This document shows, one piece after another, positions 28,387 through 36,523 of a DNA stretch of 64,000 nucleotides. Made by a program: the position numbers and the translations under genes. Every line of letters begins with the position of its first letter. Position 1 is the first letter of the stretch. Source of the DNA: an uncultured bacterium (GTDB taxonomy: Bacteria > Patescibacteriota > Minisyncoccia > Phycocordibacterales > CAIZLB01); the NCBI GenBank assembly GCA_903936565.1, contig CAIZVZ010000005.1, forward strand, positions 38,315 through 102,314, read 5' to 3'. The notes below the pieces were generated by a model. The model did not search any database, was not told the origin of the DNA, and was given only the letters and a program-made list of their open reading frames with translations.

Positions 28387-28953
28387 CTATTTGTAAGTAG
28401 GGGCATCCTCTGATAAACCATTGAAGTGATTAGCCAACCTTGCCATTACATATAGAAGTGAGGACAATCTATTTAAATACGCGAGTGTCCATTTTCCTAT
28501 AGCTCGACTTTCATCACCCTCATCTACGATAGCAATCACCCTTCTCTCTGCCCTCCTAGCCATTGTCCTTGAAATATCGCAAAGAACCGCCATTTCTGTT
28601 CCACCTGAAATAAAGAAGTTCTTTATGGGTGGTAATATCTTTTCTCCCTCATTAGCATAATTTTCACATTCTCTTAATTTTTCTTCTGCAATTGTCATGT
28701 CAGAACCAGCTACTTCCGCTTGAATTATAAAAAGATTTTGCTGTATGTTGTTAGCTATTTTATCAAAACCGTCTCCAAGTATTTCCATCTTAACAGATCC
28801 ACCCACCGTCTTGACCTTAATCAACCCCAAGAATGAATTGATCTCATCGAGCGCACCTAACGCCTCGGTAACATTCGAGCTCTTAGAAATCCTCTGATTG
28901 CAACCAAAAGTCTTTGTTGTACCATCGTCTCCTTTTCCTGTATATAATGTCAT
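28387..28953 (-). CDS. PduO-type ATP:cob(I)alamin adenosyltransferase family protein
   Basis: MTLYTGKGDDGTTKTFGCNQRISKSSNVTEALGALDEINSFLG matches the PduO/MMAB N-terminal signature. Confidence 0.7.
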   Translation of the reverse strand: MTLYTGKGDDGTTKTFGCNQRISKSSNVTEALGALDEINSFLGLIKVKTVGGSVKMEILGDGFDKIANNIQQNLFIIQAEVAGSDMTIAEEKLRECENYANEGEKILPPIKNFFISGGTEMAVLCDISRTMARRAERRVIAIVDEGDESRAIGKWTLAYLNRLSSLLYVMARLANHFNGLSEDAPTYK

Positions 28954-29009
28954 GTTTTAGCTAAATTATTGGGGCTGTTAATAAATTGTGATAATGATAT
29001 CATACCAAC

Positions 29010-30323
29010 ATGATTAAGAAAGAACAAAACAAAATCCCCAAAATAGCCTTTGACCCATATGACTATAAGAAGCAGACATACAAGGGTGTGAACATCTACA
29101 CCAGACCACTTCCTTGGGCAAACTGTACATTTTTTAAATGGGTCATAAACCACGGCGCACAAGATGACAAGGTTGGAGCGGACGGTACAGCACACTTTTT
29201 GGAGCACATTGTCTTTGATGGTAATGACTTACATGAAGACAAAAAATCTATCGATCTTTTCTCAAAAGAGCATCTACTGGACTCATTGAATGCCCACACT
29301 CGTTTCACCGACACGTGTTATGTCTGTAAATTCCTACCACAAAAAGTCGCCCCCGCCCTAGAAGGGATGTATCATATTATTTTTAAGCCACTAATGCGTG
29401 AAGCCGACATTGAACACGAGAGAAAAGTTATTACCCAGGAGGGCTGGGGTTATTTGTTAAACGAAAAATACATAGCCTATCTTAAAAAGTGGAGTAAAAA
29501 TCTATATAGCGATATTCCAGAAAAAAGCAGAATGTTTTCCCCCTTAGGCTGGATTGAAACAGTAGCAACAATTAGCAAAAAAGATCTAATTTCAGCTCAT
29601 AAAAATTACACTAAAGAAAATTCAACCATAATATTAGCGGGGGTTGTTAATGATTCAATTATTAAGGAGGTTAAAAAGATTATTGACCTAGTTCCAAGTG
29701 GTAAAAAAATACCACCGTTTAAAATTCCTTCAAAAATTAGCATTCCGAAAGAAAAGCGATGGGTTAAAACTTATACTGAAATCGGGCGAACTGAGAATAA
29801 ACAAGCTCTGCTTGAAATAGACAGGCTATTAGAATTAACAAAAACTGATGAATACACTCTTGGCCTAATAGAAACGGTTTTACGAGAAATATTATACAGA
29901 AGACTTAGACACGACAACAGCTGGTGTTATGGAGTTGGAGTTAATTTTTTCAAAAATCCAAAACACATTTCTCAAAACATTTGGGTTAAGGTGGCCCCAG
30001 AAAATCTCAAAGATGCAGAAAATATAATTTGGGACACAATCGATAGATTTATCAAAGGCGAATACAAAGAAGATTGCGAACGAGAAAGGAAAATTGTCAT
30101 AGACAGAACCCTCGCTAGCGAGTTCCTCAGTGGAGACATAGCAGAATCTGCAGAGAGACAAATCGCATCCGGAAAGGAGATCCGAACAATAAATGAATAT
30201 TTAGAGGGCGTAGTAAAAGCCGATTATGACAAAGGAGCAAAACACCTATCATTGTATTTTAAAAAAGAGGATGTCTTTACTGAGATAAATATCTCTGAGG
30301 AGTTCAAGGGGAAGGTTAAATAG
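29010..30323 (+). CDS. M16-family (insulinase/pitrilysin-like) zinc peptidase
   Basis: Inverted zinc motif HFLEH (…GTAHFLEHIVFDG…) and a downstream E. 437 aa. Confidence 0.75.
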   Translation: MIKKEQNKIPKIAFDPYDYKKQTYKGVNIYTRPLPWANCTFFKWVINHGAQDDKVGADGTAHFLEHIVFDGNDLHEDKKSIDLFSKEHLLDSLNAHTRFTDTCYVCKFLPQKVAPALEGMYHIIFKPLMREADIEHERKVITQEGWGYLLNEKYIAYLKKWSKNLYSDIPEKSRMFSPLGWIETVATISKKDLISAHKNYTKENSTIILAGVVNDSIIKEVKKIIDLVPSGKKIPPFKIPSKISIPKEKRWVKTYTEIGRTENKQALLEIDRLLELTKTDEYTLGLIETVLREILYRRLRHDNSWCYGVGVNFFKNPKHISQNIWVKVAPENLKDAENIIWDTIDRFIKGEYKEDCERERKIVIDRTLASEFLSGDIAESAERQIASGKEIRTINEYLEGVVKADYDKGAKHLSLYFKKEDVFTEINISEEFKGKVK

Positions 30324-30394
30324 AATCTAGTGCGCGAGAGAGGACTTGAACCTCCACACCCTTACGGGCACATCCACCTCAAGGATGCTTGTCT
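30311..30394 (-). tRNA. tRNA-Leu (anticodon GAG), type II with long variable arm, CCA not encoded
   Basis: Minus strand reads GCGCGAGTGTTGAAACTGGTAGACAAGCATCCTTGAGGTGGATGTGCCCGTAAGGGTGTGGAGGTTCAAGTCCTCTCTCGCGCA. Anticodon loop is CTTGAGGT. Confidence 0.8.
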
Positions 30395-30440
30395 ACCAGT
30401 TTCAACACTCGCGCATGGCTATATTATGCATAAAACCCAA

Positions 30441-30476
30441 TAACAAAACAAGACCACCTAGGTGGTCTTGTTTTGT
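30441..30476. terminator. Bidirectional intrinsic terminator
   Basis: AAAACAAGACCACCta GGTGGTCTTGTTTT palindrome. Confidence 0.5.
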
Positions 30477-30499
30477 ATAGTGAATGATTTTTATTTAAA

Positions 30500-31003
30500 T
30501 TATTCTGTTGCTGTAGTTTCCTCCACTGCCGCCTCTACCACTTCCACCTCAGGCTCTAGCGCTGCTGTTGCAGCCTCCTCTGCTTCTAATCTTGCAGCTT
30601 CTGCTTTAGTTAGATGAGATGAATCACGCTTTGTCATTTCCATCTTCATTCTCTTACTAATTTCTTTAGCTGCTTTGTCTCTGATGTAGTAAAGCTTAGC
30701 ACGACGAACTTTGGCACGCTTTGTAACTTCTATTTTATCAATATTAGGTGAGTACAATGGGAAGATTCTTTCTACTCCATAGCCTCCTGAAACCTTTCTA
30801 ACGGTAAAAGTACCTCCGGCTTCACTTCCATGCTTTCTAGCAAGAACAAGCCCCTCAAAAACTTGAAGACGAGTCTTACCTTTTTCTTGAATTTTTTGAT
30901 ACACCTTAACTGTATCGCCTACGCGCATATCAAAATCCTTTCTAGTAGCATCTGTTTTAGCCACCTTAATATCCTTTTTAACTGTTTTTATAGCTGCTGT
31001 CAT
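30500..31003 (-). CDS. rplS: 50S ribosomal protein L19 with charged C-terminal extension
   Basis: …[67 protein letters not shown]… is the L19 core. Likely start MTAAIK. Confidence 0.85.
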   Translation of the reverse strand: MTAAIKTVKKDIKVAKTDATRKDFDMRVGDTVKVYQKIQEKGKTRLQVFEGLVLARKHGSEAGGTFTVRKVSGGYGVERIFPLYSPNIDKIEVTKRAKVRRAKLYYIRDKAAKEISKRMKMEMTKRDSSHLTKAEAARLEAEEAATAALEPEVEVVEAAVEETTATE

Positions 31004-31060
31004 AGGGAGCAATATAGCAGAGATGCTGGGTTTTTGCAAATATCATTAGACAATAAACAC

Positions 31061-31942
31061 CTACGACAGGGATTCGGTAGCTTTTTTGAAATCAGCTGGA
31101 AGTTCAGCCTCAAATTCACTCATTTCTCCACTTACCCCACCTTCATCACTCATTGATGCATCGGATGGTAAAATTAGCTTTAATTTACGTGCATGAAGGG
31201 CTAGACGCTCAAATCCCAGGGCCTTAGGATGATTCTCGGCATACAAACTATCTCCCACCACAGGATGATTTATGGCCTTAAAATGAACCCTGATTTGATG
31301 TGTCCTTCCAGTTAGTGGATGAACCTCAACAAAAGTAAACATTAGGGGTATTTTGGAATTACCCTTGCCAACCATTATGGCACCCCGCTTCATTACAGGA
31401 TCTCCATCGAATCTCTTCAAAACCTTATATTCTGTAACAGCTGGACGAAGCTCTCCTCGAGAAAAACGTTGAGCGCTCCACTTTCTAAAGTCCCCCTTAC
31501 TTCTTCCAATATGTCTATCTATCACACCCTCATCTTCCTTAACAAAACCCCATACAAAAGTATTGTATGTTTTCTTGATTATATGATCCTGAAATTGTTT
31601 TTTGAGTATTTCAAATGCAGCCTGATTTCTAGCTACAACCATAACACCCGAGGTTTCCTTATCTAGTCTGTGCACAATCCCCGGCCTTCTTAGTGTGGTA
31701 GGCTCTTTGTTCGGCCCCCTACCGATTGTCATAGGTTCTCCCACGTCTTTAGTCTCAGGAAATTCTTCCTCAACAAAATCACACAAGGTTTTCTCTTCTG
31801 TCTTTCCGTCGCCATGAACCATAATGCCCGCTGGCTTGTTTATGATCAAAACGTCCTTATCTTGGTATATTATCGATAACATTACCGTTATCATACTTGA
31901 TATTGATATTATTTCAATAATAGTATATATTATGGGAACCAA
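31061..31942 (-). CDS. RluA-family pseudouridine synthase (no S4 domain)
   Basis: …DKDVLIINKPAGIMVHG… and …RPGIVHRLDKETSGVMVVAR… contain the catalytic Asp motif HRLD. Confidence 0.8.
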   Translation of the reverse strand: MVPIIYTIIEIISISSMITVMLSIIYQDKDVLIINKPAGIMVHGDGKTEEKTLCDFVEEEFPETKDVGEPMTIGRGPNKEPTTLRRPGIVHRLDKETSGVMVVARNQAAFEILKKQFQDHIIKKTYNTFVWGFVKEDEGVIDRHIGRSKGDFRKWSAQRFSRGELRPAVTEYKVLKRFDGDPVMKRGAIMVGKGNSKIPLMFTFVEVHPLTGRTHQIRVHFKAINHPVVGDSLYAENHPKALGFERLALHARKLKLILPSDASMSDEGGVSGEMSEFEAELPADFKKATESLS

Positions 31943-31946
31943 ATGA

Positions 31947-32022
31947 GGGCGATTAGCTCAGTTGGTAGAGCAACTCATTTACACTGAGAAGGTCAGGGGT
32001 TCGAGTCCCTTATCGCCCACCA
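31947..32022 (+). tRNA. tRNA-Val (anticodon TAC), CCA encoded
   Basis: GGGCGATTAGCTCAGTTGGTAGAGCAACTCATTTACACTGAGAAGGTCAGGGGTTCGAGTCCCTTATCGCCCACCA. Confidence 0.85.
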
Positions 32023-32027
32023 AAGAA

Positions 32028-32064
32028 AGAAAATAACGCATACGTAAGTGTGCGTTATTTTCTT
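32028..32064 (+). terminator. Putative terminator after tRNA-Val
   Basis: AAATAACGCA-tacgtaagtg-TGCGTTATTT hairpin then tctt. Confidence 0.4.
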
Positions 32065-32299
32065 GATTATTTTATTAGTTATGATTAAATATATCTTGGA
32101 TTCACAGTACGGATCCGCTCTCAACCATAACTACAAAAATCAGTGAACACCCGATCCAAGAAGAACGGTAGCCAACCAAAGAAAACAAGCCTAAAGGGCG
32201 TGAAAAACGGACCAGGCAAACCAGGCTGTCACCCACGTCCAGTTTACAGTGGCAGGGTCACCAACCACAGCAAAGGCTAGGCACCGTTTAACTCAACCC

Positions 32300-32334
32300 C
32301 GGCAGGCGTGGGAATCCCACGCCTGCCTTTTCTT
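32300..32334 (+). terminator. Strong intrinsic terminator ending an unassigned ~270-nt GC-rich plus-strand unit
   Basis: GGCAGGCGTGGG-aatc-CCCACGCCTGCC (12-bp perfect stem) followed by ttttctt. Confidence 0.65.
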
Positions 32335-32370
32335 ATCTAAGATTTTATTTCATTCAGTCCTAAGCGCCCC

Positions 32371-32396
32371 ACAAAAAAAACACCTTGTCGGTGTTT
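32371..32396 (-). terminator. Intrinsic terminator (minus strand)
   Basis: Minus strand reads AACACC-gacaa-GGTGTT followed by TTTTTTTT. Confidence 0.55.
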
Positions 32397-32402
32397 TAAC
32401 GG

Positions 32403-32422
32403 TTGTGCTCTCGGTAGGAATC
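32403..32422. repeat. 20-nt direct repeat of the 3' end (T-arm/acceptor) of the tRNA-Arg gene at 32566..32585
   Basis: ttgtgctctcggtaggaatc occurs identically at 32403-32422 and 32566-32585. Confidence 0.7.
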
Positions 32423-32535
32423 TTCCCCTACGGGGACGGTACAGGTTTCGTATCATGCTCGCTACGCATCGCACAATATACTCAACCTTTTCGATTCCTA
32501 CGCGCAAGCCAAACGGTTGGCTTGCTCTCGAGCCC

Positions 32536-32562
32536 AAAACTAAAAACGCCTTTCGGCGTTTT
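32536..32562 (-). terminator. Intrinsic terminator directly after tRNA-Arg (minus strand)
   Basis: Minus strand reads AACGCC-gaaa-GGCGTT followed by TTTTAGTTTT. Confidence 0.55.
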
Positions 32563-32568
32563 GTTTTG

Positions 32569-32640
32569 TGCTCTCGGTAGGAATCGAACCTACATTAACG
32601 GCTTAGAAGTCCGCAGTTCTATCCATTGAACTACAAGAGC
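32569..32640 (-). tRNA. tRNA-Arg (anticodon TCT) with 4-nt variable loop and one A·G mismatch closing the anticodon stem. CCA not encoded.
   Basis: Minus strand reads GCTCTTGTAGTTCAATGGATAGAACTGCGGACTTCTAAGCCGTTAATGTAGGTTCGATTCCTACCGAGAGCA. Acceptor, D and T arms pair well. Confidence 0.6.
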
Positions 32641-32699
32641 ATGCAAATACAATAGCATATTTTTTAGATTTTACCAGCCCCACCCCATCTAAGTAAAAC

Positions 32700-33080
32700 C
32701 TAGCGCTTAATGTTGGTTGTGGTACCAGAAGTTGTTGAATTTCCCACCATAGAGGTTCCAACGACCGCATTATTATTTTCATAAGTAGCCTTGGTGCTTG
32801 TTGCTACTACCCCCCAAGACACCTCCCTGATTTGATATTTCTCAATTACGCTTTTAATCTCCGCCTCCTTATCCTTTACAGGAACAAAGTCTGTCGCTTC
32901 ACCTGCATCAGACATTAAAGTTGACTGAACGGAAAAATAGAAAAAATAACTCCAAATAAAAACTCCTAGTATTATAGAAAAAGATATAATCATAATTCTT
33001 TGCCAATCCTGAACAGGTCGACTGCCGAATATATACATATTCTTTAATTTACTTCCAAATTGTCCTAGTTCTATGTTCAT
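32700..33080 (-). CDS. Small single-TM protein at the distal end of the pilMNO cluster (PilP-like position), unknown function
   Basis: 126 aa with one TM, then a soluble S/T-rich C-terminus. Co-oriented and abutting pilO. Confidence 0.35.
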   Translation of the reverse strand: MNIELGQFGSKLKNMYIFGSRPVQDWQRIMIISFSIILGVFIWSYFFYFSVQSTLMSDAGEATDFVPVKDKEAEIKSVIEKYQIREVSWGVVATSTKATYENNNAVVGTSMVGNSTTSGTTTNIKR

Positions 33081-33081
33081 A

Positions 33082-33627
33082 TTATTTTTCTTTGACTACT
33101 AATATTTGTAAATCTAACTGTTGGGAACTCGTCGCAGTCTGCAGTCCACCGACTTTTGCAGTAGAATAACTTTTTATCTTTATATTAAAAGGCAGAGATT
33201 CAACTTTATCAACAAAATTTGAGACTGATAACTTGGTACCAGAAATACTTTCCTTTATACTTAAATATTCTTTATTAAACTTAGATAAATTACCGTCCTG
33301 TACTATCTCAATGGCATTTGTACTGAATGTTAAATTGTTTAATGTTGCCAAATCTTCTATCGTCTGTACAAACTTTATAGAACCTTCATTATCAACTGGA
33401 ACAATGTACTTCATCAAATCTGCATTTCTTGCGTCTGCATTCTGAGCAACTCTCTTTATGGAATTCAGGCTATCTTCCTCCTTTTTTAAATCATTAGATT
33501 TCTTATAAATACTTACCAAATCTCCTCCCATACCCCCAACATAAACCACAGCAAAACAATATCCAGAAATAGATGCTAGGGCAAGTATTATCGATATTAT
33601 TAATGTGTAGAAAGTTTTTTTAGTCAT
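33082..33627 (-). CDS. pilO: Type IV pilus assembly protein PilO-like
   Basis: 181 aa, N-terminal TM, coiled-coil then a ferredoxin-like periplasmic domain. Position after pilM/pilN. Confidence 0.5.
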   Translation of the reverse strand: MTKKTFYTLIISIILALASISGYCFAVVYVGGMGGDLVSIYKKSNDLKKEEDSLNSIKRVAQNADARNADLMKYIVPVDNEGSIKFVQTIEDLATLNNLTFSTNAIEIVQDGNLSKFNKEYLSIKESISGTKLSVSNFVDKVESLPFNIKIKSYSTAKVGGLQTATSSQQLDLQILVVKEK

Positions 33628-33630
33628 TGT

Positions 33631-34182
33631 CTATTTTTTTACAGACTTAATTAAATTAAAATTAAATGAAAAACTTAAATCTTTCTTTCTTGTAAAGCTT
33701 GTAATTGGTATATTTATACTTGTAAATTCTGGGTTTGAATTAATTTTCTTCTGTAATTCTATTAATTTGTCTCTATCTGGAGCAACACCACTTATGCTAA
33801 TTGAAGCACTGTTATCATCAATCAATCCATAGGTGTATCTATCAATATAAACCCCCTCTGGTAAGCTGTTTAAAATCTTATTATATGCCTCTTTGGGGGA
33901 TAATATATTTATAGATGTTTTAAGAGCTTCCAAACTTGAATTGACTAACTTAATTTTATCTTGAAAGTTTTGATCCTTTAATACCTGAACGGACCTTTCT
34001 TTTATTTGGTTCTCGCTCTTAATTATATTCACCCTACCTACAGCAGATAGATAACTCGGAAGAAGGCAAGCTAACCCAACCAAAGATATAAACACAATAA
34101 TCCAACAAATCACAATAACAAGCCTCATTTTATACTCTTTGATAACCTTTTTCTTTTGTGATTCTGATAATAGGTGTAACAT
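33631..34182 (-). CDS. pilN: Type IV pilus assembly protein PilN-like
   Basis: 183 aa, short cytoplasmic N-terminus (binds PilM), single TM, periplasmic coiled-coil. Gene order M-N-O. Confidence 0.5.
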   Translation of the reverse strand: MLHLLSESQKKKVIKEYKMRLVIVICWIIVFISLVGLACLLPSYLSAVGRVNIIKSENQIKERSVQVLKDQNFQDKIKLVNSSLEALKTSINILSPKEAYNKILNSLPEGVYIDRYTYGLIDDNSASISISGVAPDRDKLIELQKKINSNPEFTSINIPITSFTRKKDLSFSFNFNLIKSVKK

Positions 34183-34186
34183 CTTT

Positions 34187-35308
34187 TTATTGATCTTTTA
34201 ATAAAGCCAGGCCAAAAGCAGTACCATACCCCAAAGATTCTCGCATGGAAATCTCTGGTATTTCATTCTCAAACGATAGAATGTTAGTCCAAACATTCGC
34301 AACCTCAACCGGAGTCTTTAGTGATATTGCGAGGAAGTCTCTAAAACCAACAACACCAGCTTCCTTTCCCGCTATTAATATCTTCTTGACTCCCGCTGAT
34401 GAATTACCGTTATTTGGTAAACCAGAAACCGCATCAACATTACTCTTAAAATTATTTATACTATTCCAGTAAATAAACACCTTTCTAATTTCCTCGACCA
34501 ACAAATTAGCAGTTGACATCAACGCATTAGAAACGGCCTCATTACCAATGTCTCGTGAAAAACCCTTCTCGAACTTTATTGAAACAGCAGCATCTTCATC
34601 GAGGGACGCACCTTTCATAATGGCGTTAGTAAAATCTTCGGATCCAATAGCGATCGTGGAGGTAAACTGAACAGCCTCATCGTTCACAACCGACAAGACA
34701 GTACTCTTGTGACTAATGTTAACAATGAAATAATTTTCTCTGTCCCCTTTTTTGATAATAGCTCGAGATAATGCTTGGTTTTCAATAAGAAAGGAAATTG
34801 GAAACATTCCGCAAGACTCAAACAACTCAATATATTCATTTATCACAACAACTGGCACAACAGAGACGGCCAAAAATTGCATACCCGTACTCTCATTTTT
34901 CTTTATTCTATGATAATCAAAAATTGCATCATCTAACGATAATGGCACATTTTCTTCAAGGTGCATCTCTATTCTATTTCTAATTTCTTCTTTTGTTCCA
35001 TCGACCACCTCGATAGTGAACAGATAAGCCTTCTCTTCTGGAATAGATATCTCTACAAACTTTAACTTATATTTTTTTTGAATCTTTTTTAATATATCTA
35101 TTAGATTTTTATTAGACAACAGTGATTCATTCGGCAAAATCGGTGATTCCAACTTTTCCTCGGTACAACATTTTAATTTTAACCCCCTAGCAGTTCTAAT
35201 AATTTCAGCCATATGAACAGCGGAGGAGCTGATATCAAAACCAGCATGGGACATTTCTAGATAGTGCGAAGTTGGAAAATATTTATTTAATGTATCTAGG
35301 TACGACAT
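34187..35308 (-). CDS. pilM: Type IV pilus assembly protein PilM (actin-like ATPase fold)
   Basis: 373 aa. Architecture and motifs of the FtsA/PilM family (…ILIAGKEAGVVGF… …GYGTAFGLALL…). Heads the pilMNO cluster. Confidence 0.65.
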   Translation of the reverse strand: MSYLDTLNKYFPTSHYLEMSHAGFDISSSAVHMAEIIRTARGLKLKCCTEEKLESPILPNESLLSNKNLIDILKKIQKKYKLKFVEISIPEEKAYLFTIEVVDGTKEEIRNRIEMHLEENVPLSLDDAIFDYHRIKKNESTGMQFLAVSVVPVVVINEYIELFESCGMFPISFLIENQALSRAIIKKGDRENYFIVNISHKSTVLSVVNDEAVQFTSTIAIGSEDFTNAIMKGASLDEDAAVSIKFEKGFSRDIGNEAVSNALMSTANLLVEEIRKVFIYWNSINNFKSNVDAVSGLPNNGNSSAGVKKILIAGKEAGVVGFRDFLAISLKTPVEVANVWTNILSFENEIPEISMRESLGYGTAFGLALLKDQ

Positions 35309-35386
35309 GTACTACTATTCTATCATAACAAAAAGATTTTGTTATAGTTATTTTGAAACTTTTTTCAGTTTTTATTTTAATTAAGA

Positions 35387-36250
35387 CTATTTTAACTTTG
35401 TACCATTTGGTAAATCCTTACTTGGATTAAGTAGGGCTAAATTGTCACCTGAGTTGCCAGCTAAAATCATAGCCTGACTCTCTTGCCCCATCATCATTCT
35501 AGGAGCTAGGTTTGTAACAAATGGAAACTTCTTTCCCAGAATTTCTTCCATTTCTACATATTTTGCAATTCCCGATAGAACCTGCCTTGGCTTTTCTTCA
35601 CCAAAATCAACTGATAGTTTCAATAACTTATCAGACCCTTCTATCTTTTCTGCGGATAAAATCTGGCCAATCTTTATTTCAACCTTAACAAAATCGTCTA
35701 TTGTAATATAGTCTGGAGTTTTAGGTACCCCTGCCTCTGGAGCCCTGTCGGCAGATGCCGCGTTGTCCACAACTATTTCATCCCCTGCTGTTGTTTGTGT
35801 ATTCATATTTTTAAATTTTATTCTATCTAGATAACTTTGTAAAATTATAGCCGCTGCTGATGCATCTACGTTCTTATTCTCACCTTGAAACTTAGTAGCT
35901 TGAACCGTGGAGTATAATTCTGGTTCATATACAACATCAAATCCAGCTTCTTCAAGTTTTGATCCAAAGAACCTAGCATCCACCATTATTGTATTATCAA
36001 CCCCCTTCAAATCTACCGAGTGTCCAATTATAACAGTCTGGGCCTGCTTTTCTTTTATAATATCAAACACCTCCTGCAAGGCCAACCTTATCCTTTCCTC
36101 CCTCTTATCTGTATCGTGACCAAAACCAGGAACCACCGACAAAGGAAATGCTAATAAACCAAGCTCATCCGAGACAGCTACGCCGATTCTCTTTGATCCA
36201 AAATCTAGCCCTACTATCCTTTTGTTTACTTCAGAGACATCTTTATTCAT
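35387..36250 (-). CDS. ruvX: Fusion protein: Holliday-junction-resolvase-like RuvX/YqgF (N-terminal) plus Trbp111/CsaA-type tRNA-binding domain (C-terminal)
   Basis: N-terminus RIVGLDFGSKRIGVAVSD…DASAAAIILQSYLD equals the YqgF/RuvX signature. C-terminus DFVKVEIKIGQILSAEKIEGSDKLLKLSVDFGEEKPRQVLSGIAKYV…FVTNLAPRMMMGQESQAMILA equals the PF01588 tRNA_bind OB fold. Confidence 0.8.
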   Translation of the reverse strand: MNKDVSEVNKRIVGLDFGSKRIGVAVSDELGLLAFPLSVVPGFGHDTDKREERIRLALQEVFDIIKEKQAQTVIIGHSVDLKGVDNTIMVDARFFGSKLEEAGFDVVYEPELYSTVQATKFQGENKNVDASAAAIILQSYLDRIKFKNMNTQTTAGDEIVVDNAASADRAPEAGVPKTPDYITIDDFVKVEIKIGQILSAEKIEGSDKLLKLSVDFGEEKPRQVLSGIAKYVEMEEILGKKFPFVTNLAPRMMMGQESQAMILAGNSGDNLALLNPSKDLPNGTKLK

Positions 36251-36371
36251 GATTATTTGTAGTCTATCAAAAAGAATGGTTTGTGGCTAATTATGATAAT
36301 AAGAGCCGTGAGATGTTGACCAAATCCTCATCTATTGTTTTTTTCTTTATTTTTGCTAATATGACAAGCAC

Positions 36372-36458
36372 GGAGGAGTGGCAGAGTGGTCTAATGCACT
36401 TGTCTTGAAAACAAGAGTCTCTTTACGGGGACCGTGAGTTCGAATCTCACCTCCTCCG
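36372..36458 (+). tRNA. tRNA-Ser (anticodon TGA), type II
   Basis: GGAGGAGTGGCAGAGTGGTCTAATGCACTTGTCTTGAAAACAAGAGTCTCTTTACGGGGACCGTGAGTTCGAATCTCACCTCCTCCG. Confidence 0.85.
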
Positions 36459-36469
36459 CCGATATTTAA

Positions 36470-36496
36470 AAAGCGCCCAGCGGGGGCGTTTTTTTA
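36470..36496 (+). terminator. Intrinsic terminator after tRNA-Ser
   Basis: aaaaGCGCCCagcGGGGGCGttttttt. Confidence 0.6.
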
Positions 36497-36523
36497 TTTA
36501 CAAACCTTGGGTTTTATTTTGAT

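Noticed and set aside
32371-32535. Possible tmRNA (ssrA), suggested by the tRNA-like T-arm/acceptor 3' end
   Set aside because: There is no complementary 5' acceptor strand and no CCA. No tag reading frame ends in a hydrophobic ALAA-like peptide before a stop. At ~135 nt the unit is too short for a tmRNA. Left as an unassigned tRNA-fragment-containing unit.
32249-32629. 126-aa plus-strand ORF and 66-aa minus-strand ORF (32337..32537) inside the GC-rich island
   Set aside because: They span three intrinsic terminators and a tRNA gene. Their composition is RNA-like rather than coding, and their Pro/Arg/Gly-rich translations are typical of GC-rich noncoding DNA. Treated as noncoding.
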